A DNA stretch of 64,000 nt. Origin: Chrysemys picta bellii. Taxonomy: Eukaryota. Of this stretch, positions 49,406 through 62,440 are shown piece after piece. How positions within the stretch are numbered: position 1 is the stretch's first letter; each line of letters begins with the position of its first letter. Location: assembly GCF_011386835.1 (NCBI RefSeq), contig NC_088797.1, positions 102,424,001-102,488,000 on the forward strand. Direction: 5' to 3'. A model generated the notes under the pieces. It saw only the letters and a program-made list of their open reading frames with translations. It ran no database searches and had not been told where the DNA came from. A program made the translations under genes and the position numbers.

Positions 49406-49916
49406 CAGGGCCGGCTCTAGGATTTTTGCCGCCCCAAGCAAAAACAATTTTGCCCTCCCCCCCCCGTTTTTTTCTTACCCCACCCCTGGCCCCACCTCAA
49501 CTCCGCCCCTTCCCCAAATCCCCAGCCCTGCCTCCTCCCCCCAGGCTTTCAAGCCTAGGAGGGAGGGAGGGAGGGGGAGATCCTGAGCGGCCGCGGCACG
49601 CGAAACAGCTGATTCGAGCGCCGCTGCTCCCCCTCCCTCCCAAGCTCTCAAACCTGGGAGGGAGGGGGAGATCCCGAGTGGCCGCGGCATGCGAAACAGC
49701 TAATTCGCGCGCCGCAGCCACTCGGGATCTCCCCCTCCCTCCCGGTTTGAGAGTTTGGGGGGGGGGGAGCAGCGCGCGTGAGCGGCAGCAGCGGAGGTGA
49801 GTTAGGGCGGCCGGGGCACATTTTTAGGGGTGGCATGGCCCATGCCAGAATGCCGCCCCTAAAAATGTGCCGCCTCAAGCACCAGCTTGTTTTGCTGGTG
49901 CCTAGAGCCGGCCCTG
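49406..49916 (+). mobile_element. GC-rich hAT MITE (CAGGGCCGGC family), copy C, 511 bp
   Basis: TIRs CAGGGCCGGC / GCCGGCCCTG with perfect 8-bp duplication ACTGGACA (49398-49405 and 49917-49924). The interior has two tandem hairpin-forming units. Confidence 0.95.
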
Positions 49917-50054
49917 ACTGGACAGGGAATCTCCCAGCCCATCACAACTACCTTATTATATGTAGAATTATACAGAAATTAGTGACATCATCCACCAATG
50001 TATCTCTCTCAAAATTCTCATGGAATTAAATAGTTCAGTATCAGGCCCTGTTGT

Positions 50055-50174
50055 TAGAGTTGCCAGTTTTGGTTGGACATATTCCTGGAGGGTTCATCCC
50101 ATGACATAATCTTTAATTAAAGAATCTTTAATTCCTGGAGACTTCAGGACAATCTTGGAGGGTTGGCATCCCTA
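50055..50174. mobile_element. 120-bp hAT-type MITE
   Basis: Termini TAGAGTTGCCA / TGGCATCCCTA with 8-bp duplication CCTGTTGT / CCCGATGT (6 of 8). Confidence 0.7.
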
Positions 50175-51253
50175 CCCGATGTATGCTAACACATACCAGT
50201 GGCCCCGTCATACTCGGATATGCTTTTGTTACATTTTCTTTGAGCAATTACATATAATGCTAAAGTATATTTATCCTAAGGGATGACTAAACTCCTTATT
50301 AAATTATACTTTTATTGAGCATTTCTTACTGTGACTTTTAGAAAAAAACCTAAAGAAAAAAAAAATAACTGAAAGCCACCCTGTAATTATACATAACTAT
50401 AGAACCAAATGAGGATGCTATGAATAGTGAACCATTTATTTTGTGCTTTAAAATGCTAGTAGGTATAGTACTCAAAAATAGCAAAATGTTCTCCTGAGAA
50501 TAAGAAATGCTGTCATCTCAGATCATTTAAGTAACTTTTGATGACTTTATGTACTAACCATAAAGTTTCCACTAAGGATATGTGGGAGGGGGAAGATAAT
50601 TTAGCCCTTTTTTGATTGTTTGTCCAAAAATATACTTGATATATTCAGATATGACAGGTGCTCAGATATTGTGGTGATGGGGTGTGTATGTTATGATGAA
50701 CCTAGTTAGGTAAATTTATGAAGAGGAAGCTGTTGCTCAGTGGAATGTTTTTCTCCATGAGAAGTATAACAAATACTCTGAAGCCTTATCTAGATGATAT
50801 TTCAGTGCACTTCCTTTCATGTGTACGTTGCCTTGATGACAATGATTTAATGAGCACCATCTGTACAACATAATTTTTAATCAGGATCTAAGCACTGAAA
50901 TATTCAGGCCTTTGCATTGTTTAATTATTTAAGTGGGATTCTATAATAACTGGGCAAGGTAGATTAATGTAAAATTATGTAGCACAATCATGTAGGATGA
51001 GAGTGGGCACTAATCAATTCTAAATCAGAATGAAGATGGCATTTCACAAACAGTACACCCACATTAAAACCAAATGAATGAGTTTTTAATCTGCTAATAG
51101 GATACCTGTTAAAAATGTGAAGTAGCAGACACAGTGTTAGGAATATACAATACACTTCTGGAAACTGCAAATGTTTCTGAAGATTGGTTGGCAGTTATGG
51201 TGCTTATGTAGGAAAATACAGCCAAGGGAAACTCCAGAATTACAGATCACTAA

Positions 51254-51528
51254 GGGCTGATCTGCAGTACCGCAGTAAATCAATCAATCTTATGCAACTT
51301 CAGTTACGTGAATAACGTAACTGAAGTCGATGTAGTTAGAGCCACTTATCGTGGTGGCTACACGGTGCTCTGTCAATGGGAGAGCATCTCCCGTCAACTT
51401 TCCTTATGCTTCTTGGGGAGGTGGCATACACAAACGGCTGGTAGAGTGCTTTCCCATTGATTTAGCATGTCTTCACCAGACCCGCTAAATCAACACTCAC
51501 TGCATCGATTGTAAGAGTAGACATGCCC
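51254..51528. mobile_element. Harbinger-type MITE, 275 bp
   Basis: TAA on both flanks (51251-51253 and 51529-51531). The right end AGTAGACATGCCC matches the Harbinger TIR and the left TIR is degenerate. Internal perfect 13-bp stem at 51297-51327. Confidence 0.8.
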
Positions 51529-51814
51529 TAAGTCTCACCTCCTTTCTGAGAAACTGGCTGGGACAGTAATTAAGGATAGAGCACTACTGTACGATACTTG
51601 AAAATGTTAAACCTGATAGGATCAAACCAGCATGACTTTTGTAGCTTTCCAGAACTCTTTAAAGAAAGTTAAAGTAGATAAAGAGAATGCAGTGCATATA
51701 ATTTATTGGGATTTCAAAAGTCTACTAAGAAACAATTAAGAAAAAATAAATAACTATGAGGTTAAGGGCAAAGCCCTGTGCTTGAATAAAAACTAGTTAA
51801 ATGGTAATGCTCGT

Positions 51815-51920
51815 ATAGTGCTTTTCCATTTCAAAATGTTTCACAAACATGAATTAATCCTCACAACAGCCCTGTAAGACAGATAAGTCAGTTTTATTAT
51901 CCCCATTTTACAGAAGGGGA
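51815..51920 (-). mobile_element. MIR/CORE-SINE fragment
   Basis: TCCTCACAACAGCCCTGTAAG...TTATTATCCCCATTTTACAGA matches the reverse complement of the MIR core. Confidence 0.75.
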
Positions 51921-53277
51921 AAATTTCACCACAGCTACAAGAAGTCAATGTTGAACATGGCTTAGATTAGAACTCGAGTGTCCCTTGCTGACAGACCTGT
52001 GCTCAGACCACTAGATGGACTTAAAAAGCAAAAAGATGGTTGGTGTCCATCAATAATATGTATAGGTCTCCATGCTAAAATAAGTAAAAGGGTAACCAAA
52101 TCACATAGGTTGGAATGTAAGTTGATTTCCTGCAGGATGGCAAAGAAGAAATCTCCTCCTTCTCCTTCCATGTACAGAACTGCACATAACTGATGATCCA
52201 TTAGGATAATTAAATCTTATGGACAGGAACAAGTTTAATGTAATTAATTACAGACTTCACTGAGGAAAAACGATATTTACAAAAACTTGTTTCTTAGTAA
52301 CAAACAGAGTATCCTTATTGTTTTACCTGAAAACCATGATGGCTTTAGGCCACAGAAGTTTATAGCATTTCAATATAATATATGAACAGCACTCAGGTTG
52401 CGTCCCATCCAAAGAAACATTTTCACAATTCTTCAGCTGCAAGAGATATTGTACAACTCATATATTCTAGGATATAGGTCAGAAAAGAAGGCCTTCTGTA
52501 GATACAATCAACAAATCTTGATGCTGTCTGGTACTGAATAAGAAATACCATTTTTACTTACAATTTTGCAAGATTTTTGCAAAGCAGGCCAGTTTATTTA
52601 TTATTTTGACTGTTTTTTAACTTTATAATAACTCCAAAATAAATGTATTGTTTAGCTTCCTCTCAACCCATCTGCTGTTCTTTGCAGTAACAGTATCTTA
52701 AAATTGTGCTAAAATTTAATCAATCTTAGACATTTAATAGTATTAAACAAGAGGAAAAATATGATTTAGTTCAGTCTTTGTTCCTGCCACCCAACTTCTT
52801 GGACTGATTATGTGTTTAATGTTTTATTATCTGTGGGGAGAGGAAAAAATGAGCAACCTCCCTCCCTGCATTTTCCTAGTATCAATTAAGTAGATTTTCA
52901 AAGATGTGAATTATCATGCTAACACAATCCATAATATGAGCTATTGCTTAATTAGATATTTTTAAACTGCAAGGTAGTAGATGCAACTTAAAATGAGTAC
53001 TAGACAGTATTTAAATCAGGATATAAAATGAAGGACGTTTTGAACTCCTGAGATCTGTGGAGATTTTCCTTGCCGCTAAGGGACATACAATAGTTAGTAT
53101 TCAGTACCTTGGAAGAAAAATTATTTCTCGTAGCTTTGGATTTCTCAAGGTTTGTGAGTACAACATGCATTTTCATAAAACAGTAATTGCATTGTCATTC
53201 TTTTAACTGTTCAGATTAGCCTGAATAGTACAACCAAAGGGAATGATTGTTGATAGTGCAAGCTCTGGCACTGTGGG

Positions 53278-53305
<28 letters not shown>
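53278..53305. repeat. (GT)n microsatellite
   Basis: Read directly from the sequence. Confidence 0.95.
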
Positions 53306-53310
<5 letters not shown>

Positions 53311-56300
53311 GACAATCCCTCCCCAATTGAATGCATTAATTTACACCACCATTAAGATGACCAGTTCACTTACCAGAATGGCTTTTTGTTTTGTTTTTTG
53401 ATTTTATATCTCTTCTAAAAATATAAAAAGACCTTGGTCCAGCGATAGGATTGGAGGAGACAGTTCTTTGTACATACAAGGAGTACCATTGACTACAATG
53501 AAACTTGATATGGGTGCAAGGGTCTGTATGAATAATTCATTTCCAGGATCAGGGCCTACCACTGTAGTGCTTTTTCATGTTGATTTCATCTGACATACTT
53601 GCTGGGGAGATGTTAACAAATATGATGAGATTCATGTTTATGTATATATTCTTTTTCCAGATATGTCCCAGGGCTCAAATGCTAGCTACAGATCAACTGA
53701 AGTCCAATATGCTTCAGGTACAAATCCAGCAAAACTAGTTGGAACTATATGTGGTAAAATATTTAACATGCATTCACTCGAATGGGAGAGGCATGTACTA
53801 GAGAAGAAGTAGTACATCAGATTACCGGATATGGCAAAATTTTTCTAAGGGAGAGTTTAAAAGGAATGAAAAAGGTATTGTAGGTATTTAGATAATGCTG
53901 AAATCTGTACATTGTACTAGCACTAATGTCATCATGATTAAAAACAAAATAATGTAACCTTTTTAATGGTTCTATTCAGGTAAGATTTTAATCACATGAT
54001 TCAAGAGGAAAAAGAGCTATGGTAGATACATTCGGATTCAAAAATATGCAAGAATCATGTATTTATTATTTAATAATAGTAGTAATAAAGTGACATATGT
54101 ATGTAGAGAACTCAACAAAGAAAATAAAGACACACGAAGAGCCCTTATTTCATAGTCTTTCCAACTTAATGTTCCTTGTGATCCACTTTCCTGTACCAAT
54201 ATCGCTATCCCTGTTATGGAAGGACACATCATCTTTCCATGGTTAAGAGCAAAGCAAGGTTCCCATCAGGAGGCCCTCTAACTTTAGCCAGAACAAACCA
54301 CATGAAATGTTCAGCTAAAATAACCAATAAATAAGTTTGAGATAAAACCTGTAAAAAAAAACATTTTCAAGTCATTGTGATTAACATTTTTTCATTGCTT
54401 GAACTTGTTTCAAAATCCTTGTATCTCCTCCCTCTCCCCCCTCAGCCTGCTACATTTCACTGATTCTTTTACCTACAAACTTCTGAATGATTCCAAAAGA
54501 TTAAGTCCTGATCAAAAGTCCAATGAATACAATTGGAGATTGTCTGTCTGATTTCAGTGGAGTTTGGATCAGGCATTTTGGTCTCTCTTGCAAAGAACTC
54601 TGCCACATTGCAGCATTTCTTGAAATGGATAAAGAAACTGTTCTCAGAGTTACCAAAACCACACATGCAAAAAGCTTGGAAATTCCCAATCAACCTCCCT
54701 TCCCATCCCCTCAAAAAAGGAACGTTAAGGTTGGAAGGTGCTTCTGCAAAGCAGAATACATACAGTCTCAAAATCCGGAAAGTTTGCAAATTAGCAGTTA
54801 AGGTATCCAGGTCCTAGGCTGCCATACCATGCTATTCATTTACTTACACCACAAGTGACCTGCACCAATGAGAGCCCAGGACTACCCATAGGAATAACCA
54901 TACATAAAATGTAGTATATGAAAGATTCTCCTCTCCCCAATCCCTTATGTACCATTGTGGTGGTATACAGAGGCTGTAAAGATACCACAAGAGGTCAGGA
55001 AGAATTCCCTTGGTACAGGAGCAGCTTAGGCCTGACATAAGCTGTTCTACCCTACTCCCTTCCTATCATTAGGGATACATGGTGCTAGAGTCTCTAGGTT
55101 GCAACGCAGTCCTCAAATTAGAGGAACAGCCAGGGCTGCTTTAATTTATGCCCAGAGTCACAATGGACCCTAGCCAGCTCAGAATCCAGTTGGTGCAAAG
55201 ACCATCTTTTCTTCCCTTCTCCTGTGGAAGCAGTGCATAGAGTCAGACCTTATACCTTGAATGGTTGTTGATGGGCTGGTTGTTTAAATCCTATCCTTCT
55301 AGTTTTCATCTTTGCCAAGCCAACAAGAACAGTCAATGGCCTCTTGCTTTTTCAGGATGCACCAAGTGGGACACCCTCCTTCTCCCTGCCCCCATGTTCT
55401 TCAGTAAGTTCCCTGGTGAAGGACCGCTCACTTTTCCAATCCTAAAAGGCTGTGTGTTGCCCAAGAAGCTAAAGTACTGATGTTGAGGCTTCTCTGTCCC
55501 CTGTAAAGGGCTGGCTATGAGAATATTTCACTCCTGCTGGGCTGTCCCCTACGAGGCATCACAGTTAACTTTTCAATGTGAAAAATACACTGCCTATGAA
55601 AATAATATCCTGTAAATAACAGTTTGCTCCCAAAAGCTTAATGTAATTACATTTTACTTTATTTGGATGGATGGATGGATATATTAAAAAAAAATCTTTA
55701 CATACTATGAAAGTAACAATTTGGAGTATGGAATGAAATGCTGAAATTTCATTTGTTGCCATGGTTAAGGATAGTAGAATACTCTGAACTAATACATTAC
55801 CTAAAATAAATGCACCAGTTTCCTTTAACAAGAACTAATGCTGTAGGCTGGTATAAGTGAATGGAGCTTGCATGGCCTTTAACAAGGCACTGATTAGGAG
55901 AAATGAAAAGGTGGCTTCTGACTGAAAATGGTTCTTCATCTAAAACAGCCCATAATATTGTACAAGCTCTGGAAAAATAATTTTGTCTCATAAAAGTATT
56001 AATGAGCAGGAAGGGGAAAAAACAAATAAACTACCAATTCCCAACAGGACATTTCGACCTATTAGGATCACTGCAACACTAAGCAGTGCTGAAAGACATT
56101 TTATTAAATGTTTTTGTTTTTTTCCCTATCCCTGTTTTATTCATATAAATGAACACAACTGAGAAAAATCAAAAATGTTAATAAAAATTTGTACTGGCCT
56201 GGGAACTATAACCCATGCTGTTAACATGCAAGGTTAAATCCTCAGCTGTGCTAGGGCAGAGATCAGCACTGCTGAGGAGGGGTGAAGGGTTCTCTAAGCC

Positions 56301-57529
56301 ATTCTTCCACCTCCCCAATTCTGGGACTGGTGTGAGGGGAGAGGGGCAAAATGGCCCCTGGCACAAGCTAAAGGAACTGAAGCTCTGCTCTAATTTCTGC
56401 CAGCTTGTAATCGCCCTGCAGTAGCCACTGCTTAGGTAAGGATTGCTGGAGCACAGTGTAGAGCTGGCTATGTGAAAGGGGCATGGTGTGGAGCCAGCTA
56501 TATTGGCTTTATGCCACCCAGGAGTTTCCCAGCATCAAGAGAATCCCATCTTTTTAGCTGCTTTCTGCTGCCTTTTCATTTAAGGCTCAAGGATCAACTC
56601 CCCTCTTCCCACCCCACCCCACCCAGAAAAGAAGAAGCAAAGTCCGTGGCAACTTTTCAAATTACAAAGTATGGGACACTTGTTTTGGTAACCTCTAAGG
56701 ACTGCTTTCATACTAATTAGCGCTGCTATCTGAACAGACAGAATCTGCCAGCCATTCTGTGTATCTTAGCTAGTCTTCCAGGGTGTCTAAAAGAATCTCA
56801 TTAGCCAGTGTCACATCGCACAGGTCAACAGTATCCACTTACTTTGCAAAACTGTGAACAACATGCGAAGACTCCAGGGGGAGGATAATGGTAAGAAACA
56901 AAAAACTCAGTTTTGTCAGGTTATGCTTTTACTTGAGAATAAAAACATAAAACTAAAACAATAATCCAGTCTGATAATGTCTACATACATAACAATAATC
57001 CTTGACTCTTGTTGCATTGACCTGTGATAATAGATTTGTCAGAGGTACAGCACTTCTTCACCCTAGAATCAGGTGACTGCTACTCAAGCTTTCATATAAG
57101 TAGGCCCTCAACCCTCATAGTTTAGTACCAAAGTGAAATGAACTGTACATACCTAGCTTTTATGCTGAGACTCTGAGACTGCCCTGAGGTATGAGGTATT
57201 GGACCTCAGCAACCCTGGTAATTGGGGAAGTGCAAAGGTGGTTAAAATCTCATGCTGTCTTATTGCACATGCGTATGAGTATGCACACATCCCCAGCTGT
57301 GCTGAATGGAGCTCAGGATGTGGCCTAGAGATTCTAACTTGTTATAGGTGGAAACTGCAATCTATGTAGGGAGATTGGAGTGGGACTGGAAGGAAAGTTT
57401 TGAACAGTTGAGTATACATTTAAATATTGATATAAGAAATATAACTTTTTTCAATTTGTATTCCAGGTGGATGCAATATTTAACTTAAAATTTGTTAAAA
57501 AGCAAATTCCCCTATGACAGTGTATGAAA

Positions 57530-57760
57530 CCTATCTTTAGTCCTTTATGGTCCTCATCTCCATAATATCTGAGCTCCTCATAATCTGTATTGAATTTATC
57601 CTCACAGAATCCCTGTGAGATAGGGGTTGTTATCCACATTTTACATATGGGAAACCGAGGCATGGAGAAGCTAAGTGACTTGCCCAGGTCACCCAGGATG
57701 TCTGTGGTGGAACAGGCAACTAAATGTGGGTATCTCAAGTCCTAGGCTAGTGGACCACTG
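57530..57760 (-). mobile_element. MIR/CORE-SINE
   Basis: ATCCACATTTTACATATGGGAAACCGAGGCATGGAGAAGCTAAGTGACTTGCCCAGGTCAC is the reverse complement of the MIR core. Confidence 0.88.
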
Positions 57761-60700
57761 GATCATTCTTCCTTTTTCTGCAACTTTTGTGTATTCACTT
57801 TTCATGAACATTCACGCGTTCAAGCTTTGCTGGCATGAATATTCACAAAAAGGAGAATTTAACATTGTGATCTTTTGTAATACTCAAAATTCACAGAAAG
57901 CTCTATTTCATTTAACATAAAATCAGGGTACAAAAGCTACATGAGTTTGATAACTAACAGACTTAGCATGATTATCAAGATTCCAATAGGAAATATTCAC
58001 AAGTAGTTGATTGTGAGAAATCCACAGTGAGGGGGACAGGAAAAATATAACAATTAAGTCTGAATGAATAATGAAGGATCAAGGATTTCATGATCTGCTC
58101 CTAAACAGAAAGAATGAACACATTCTTCACTGAAAATTTCTTATTCTGTTCTAAGAGTATGGCTTCATTGGAGCAGGAAGGAATAATTCCCCGTTTGAGA
58201 TGATATACCTGAGTTAGCTCTGATCAAACTTGCACACTAAAAATAGAAGCGTAGCTACAATGGCATGAGGGATGGGATAGGCTACTTGCCCAAGTGCATA
58301 TCTTGGGTCTCAGACAGGCTCGTACTCAAGATGGTAGCCATCCTACTGCTCATGCCATCAGAGCTACACTTCCATTTTTTAGTGCTCTGACTGTACCAAA
58401 GCTAACGCAACTGTGTTTCCTCAAGCTGGAAATTACACCTTCTAGCTCCAGTGTAGCATTTGTACCCATCATTTTTTCAAGAAGATTCTATTCTTGGCTG
58501 GCACCTTTTAAACAAAAGTAATTTCTAACAAAAGCTGATCAATAAAATGCTTTCTCATAGTATAAAGGCCTCCACTTGGCAAGTATAATTATACTCCCTT
58601 TTAGCTATACACAGCCTAAGCAGGCCAGTCCGTCATGGGGAAAACATTTATGGGCAGATATTTGCAACCTAAGCACCAGATTGTGAAAAGGTTTACCTTC
58701 ATCAATCAGAAATACATTTTACATATTGGTAAATAAAAAGGAATCCTTGTGGACTTAACAGTTCCTTAGCCTTCCCTAGCCAGGAAGGGAAGTAAGGGAG
58801 AATAAGGACATTCCACTGCCCTGCAGGAATACAGAAGACTTGGCTCAGAGAGAGAACAGAGGGGAGCAGAAACTACAAGCAGAGGCTGGGAACCTCATAC
58901 TCCTCCCTATGGTGAAGCTGTATCTCCTCTGTGCCTAGGCCAAGAGATCTGGTTTGGCTTGGTATGGGGAGTGGGTGAAAGGTCGGGGAGTATGTAGCAC
59001 CCCACAATGGTCTATAGTAAAATACTTTCTCCCTCTCAGCACAAGAGGTATATGTCTCTGCAGTATAATGTTCCCCCCCAGAAATCTCTTGGAAGGGAAT
59101 ATGTGTGCCAGTCCTTCCTCTGGCCTTCTGCTAAGGAAACAATGCCGCCCAGTTTTGTTCAGCAACTAAAAATTTCACATGAGATTGCTACTTCATTAAA
59201 CCGTTGTTTGTATACCAAGAAATGTTACAGTTTAAAAAGTCTCCCTTGTTATTGGAAAGTGTGGAGATTGCCACCTAAAGGAATGCAAGTTAAATATATT
59301 TAAATATAATCCATAGTTCAGGTAACTTTTTAAATATATTGTAACTGAGAAGTGTCACATTGCCCATTCATACAACAACCCGTTTCTCTCTGGGCGGGGG
59401 GGGGGGAATGTAAATGAGTACAAATGTGTTAAGTAATGTTCCATGAGGACTCTGGAACTTTGCTCAAGGACTTATACGTTGTGTGATTTGTACAGCACTA
59501 GGAAATACTCTGATACCAAAGATGAACTGAAGATAAGGTTGACAGATAAAAGGAAAGCATGATGAGGCAAAATTCATCTACCAGTGTATACAAAGATTAA
59601 TCACAAAGAATATCTGGAGCAAGAATGTGATCTGAATGTCAAAAGTAGAATCTTAATGCAAGTGTCAATTCAAGCAAACCAAGCTTTTGCAAAGGCAAGA
59701 AAATAGTGAGTTTTCTGGCTCCTGTTAGTTCTAGATCATTTGTAAATCATTCACAGGAGATCAGAGAAAACTACAACAAAGTTCATGACAGCGGATACGG
59801 TTATTGAAGTGCAAATAAGGATGTCAATGTCTGTGAGTAGAAGTGGGCGTATTTAAATAATCCTGAGATGATGATGTGGTACACCTGTAACTTGCCAATT
59901 TATGCTTTGGGAGTTTTGCCACTGACTTAAGTAGAGTCAGGATTTTACCCTAAGGGTAGATTGTGTTCTGGATTGCGCATCTGTACAGGAACAAAAAAGG
60001 GAGTAAGCACTCCCTCCTTTTTACACCATGCATGTGCTACTCTGAGTGAGTGGGTGAGGAAATTACACAAGTCATGGTACTGCTCCACAATGTACCAGCC
60101 AGTGCAGCTAAGCAAACATGAGAGGGGGTGATTAGTCATTTGTTGCTGGTATTGACCTGGAGCAAGAAGAAAGAGAGGGGGATTTACAGCTTATCTTGAA
60201 TCAGAGCTCCTTCCTTGGGATGCTCCCAGCGAACCTTACTATGTTCTCAGTCCTAGCACAGTCTACAATGAGAACTGTTCCAAGAACTTGATAAAATAAT
60301 TTCTGATATCAGATTTGTGATGAAGGCGACAATTAACCTTGTGCTATTAGCTATATAAATTGAAATTGCAGAGATTGCACCAGTGTTATTGACTGACTGA
60401 GATGTAATATGTATCAGATGCTGTGGCACCTCACACTGCCCTAATATAGTTCTCACGAGGAGAGGCAGAAGACATGTCAGTGACATTGTGATACATGTTT
60501 TTATGTCTTTGAATAAAAGATGTCTAGAAATAGGTGAACATCAGAAGATTTAGATGTTCAATTAAGCATCAGAGAGTTGGGTGATCATCAACACTTGTCT
60601 GAATCACTTAGGCCTGAAAATGCAGATGGAAATCTTATAAAAGTTTGACTAAATTCTTTACTTGCTCAGTACTTTTTCATCCAGTATTAGCCAAAATCAT

Positions 60701-60787
60701 GAAGCACAGAGGTTCACAAAATAAGTAAAATACAATTAGCCTAACCATTTTCAGTGTTGTTGTAGGGTCAAGTTATCATTTATAATC

Positions 60788-60896
60788 TGTATTGCAGTAG
60801 CTTCCAAAGGCCACAGTCAAGATGGGCCAACTTGTGCTAGGTTCTAGACAAACACATGGGAGACACAGTCTCTGCATGAAAAGCTTATAGTTTAAA
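60788..60896. repeat. Ancient interspersed repeat (L2/MIR-related), homologous to 41661-41770
   Basis: Pairwise similarity by eye to the 41.7-kb copy. Confidence 0.55.
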
Positions 60897-62327
60897 AGCT
60901 CCTTGCAAGTGTTAGGAGTGAATGGGGACAAGAAGAGAGGATGAAAAGTAATTTAGGCAAGACTTTTGGATAACTACTGAATGCATCAAAGTGAGGTAGT
61001 ACAATGAGCAATGTTGAAAGTTGCACTAAACAATCCACAGCAACACACAGTTTATAACTGAGCTGAAGAGAATTTGGTGAGGATCTTTCACAGGGACAGC
61101 CTCCCTGAGGGGTAAATCTTGACTGAAAATGATTAAAGCTCTTAAGGTGAAAAAGAGACAGTTAAGAATCTGATAAAGATCTATAGTTCACTAAACTTCA
61201 GTGGGAATGGGAGCTTAGTAAAATGGTGACAGCTGAGGAAGGGCCCCACCTCTAAAGTAATACATTTCATAATGAGAGTTACACTATGAGTTATTAGGTG
61301 AAATGTCATTGGAAAGAAAACTGTTCATAACAGCAGTCAGGAAAGAACTATATTTGGAGTACAAGAGAGCAACAACCTTAAATTGATAGGGTAGTGAGCA
61401 AGTCTGGAGGTCATCAGCAATCTCTGAATCTCAAACAGTGATGCATTCAAAACTGAGGACAAAATATTAATGCATGTGCGTGTGTGCGAACACAAACAAA
61501 CAAAGGAGGAGGACACTTTGAGCAAGACTAAGAACAAACTGGAATCATATTCATTTACAGATGCTAAATGCTGACAAACACCTGAAGTCAAGGCAATATT
61601 TCTGCTGTTAGAACTGAAATTGCAGAAAACTGCTCTATGGTTATGAGGGACGAATTCTAAATAATGTATTTCCCTATACTTTCTCTGCCATGCTTGTCTC
61701 TTGACATCAGTCCTACAATGCAAAGTACCCTATTTTCCATCAGGAGTTAGTGTCAAATATTCTTGGATAATCTGAAGAAAATAATCAAATTTTTAATATT
61801 GGTTGAGTAAAAGCACAGTTAAACAGAGAGGTCAATAAATTTGTTCCAATAGATGAGTAAATTAAAGGGCTGTTAAAAGCAAGTATAGTCATGGGAACAT
61901 ATTGGTGGAGTTGTCTATAGGAACAGGGATATTTATGTCAACCAAACCCTGATGCAGACCTAAATTGGGACATTTGCTGGCTTGTGACTCTAATCCCTGA
62001 TGCAGTTCACATGTCACAACCCAGTTATGTGAGTGAATCTATGTGCACTGTGTTCGACTTACTCAGGACTGAGGCTTGATTTGTGTGGGTTACACTAACA
62101 GGGCTTGGCCACAAACCAAGCCCTGAGGGCTAATTTGGAGGTTTGTGTTTCATTCCACCAAGGCCTCAAGAATATTTCTACCTTATTTCTTAAGGTAGGT
62201 GTAAGTTTATGGAAGCATGCAGAGTACAGACACTGCATACCACAGCTAGATTGGGTATAAATAGCAGTGTAAACAGTGAGGCACAGCGTAGGTGAGTAAG
62301 GTGCCTACACACCTGAACTGTAGAATT

Positions 62328-62440
62328 CACAATTTTACAGACTGGTGAAACTAAGGCACAGAAAAGTAAGCAATTTACCTATGGTTACATAGAGTCAACA
62401 GCAACTCTGTGAATAAATCCCATGTATCCTACCTGGCTCT
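62328..62440 (-). mobile_element. MIR/CORE-SINE fragment
   Basis: ATTTTACAGACTGGTGAAACTAAGGCACAGAAAAGTAAGCAATTTACC resembles the MIR core. Confidence 0.7.

Noticed and set aside
49585-49715. GCGAAACAGCTGATTCG motifs resembling hammerhead GAAAC and CUGA boxes
   Set aside because: There is no CUGANGA box (it reads CTGATTC or CTAATTC), and the order and spacing do not fit any hammerhead topology. The words are simply the loop region of the MITE hairpins.
59560-59900. Possible RTE-like LINE ORF2 remnant (…SRIL…QAFAKAR…)
   Set aside because: Only vague similarity over a few residues, with many stops. I cannot support it without a profile search.
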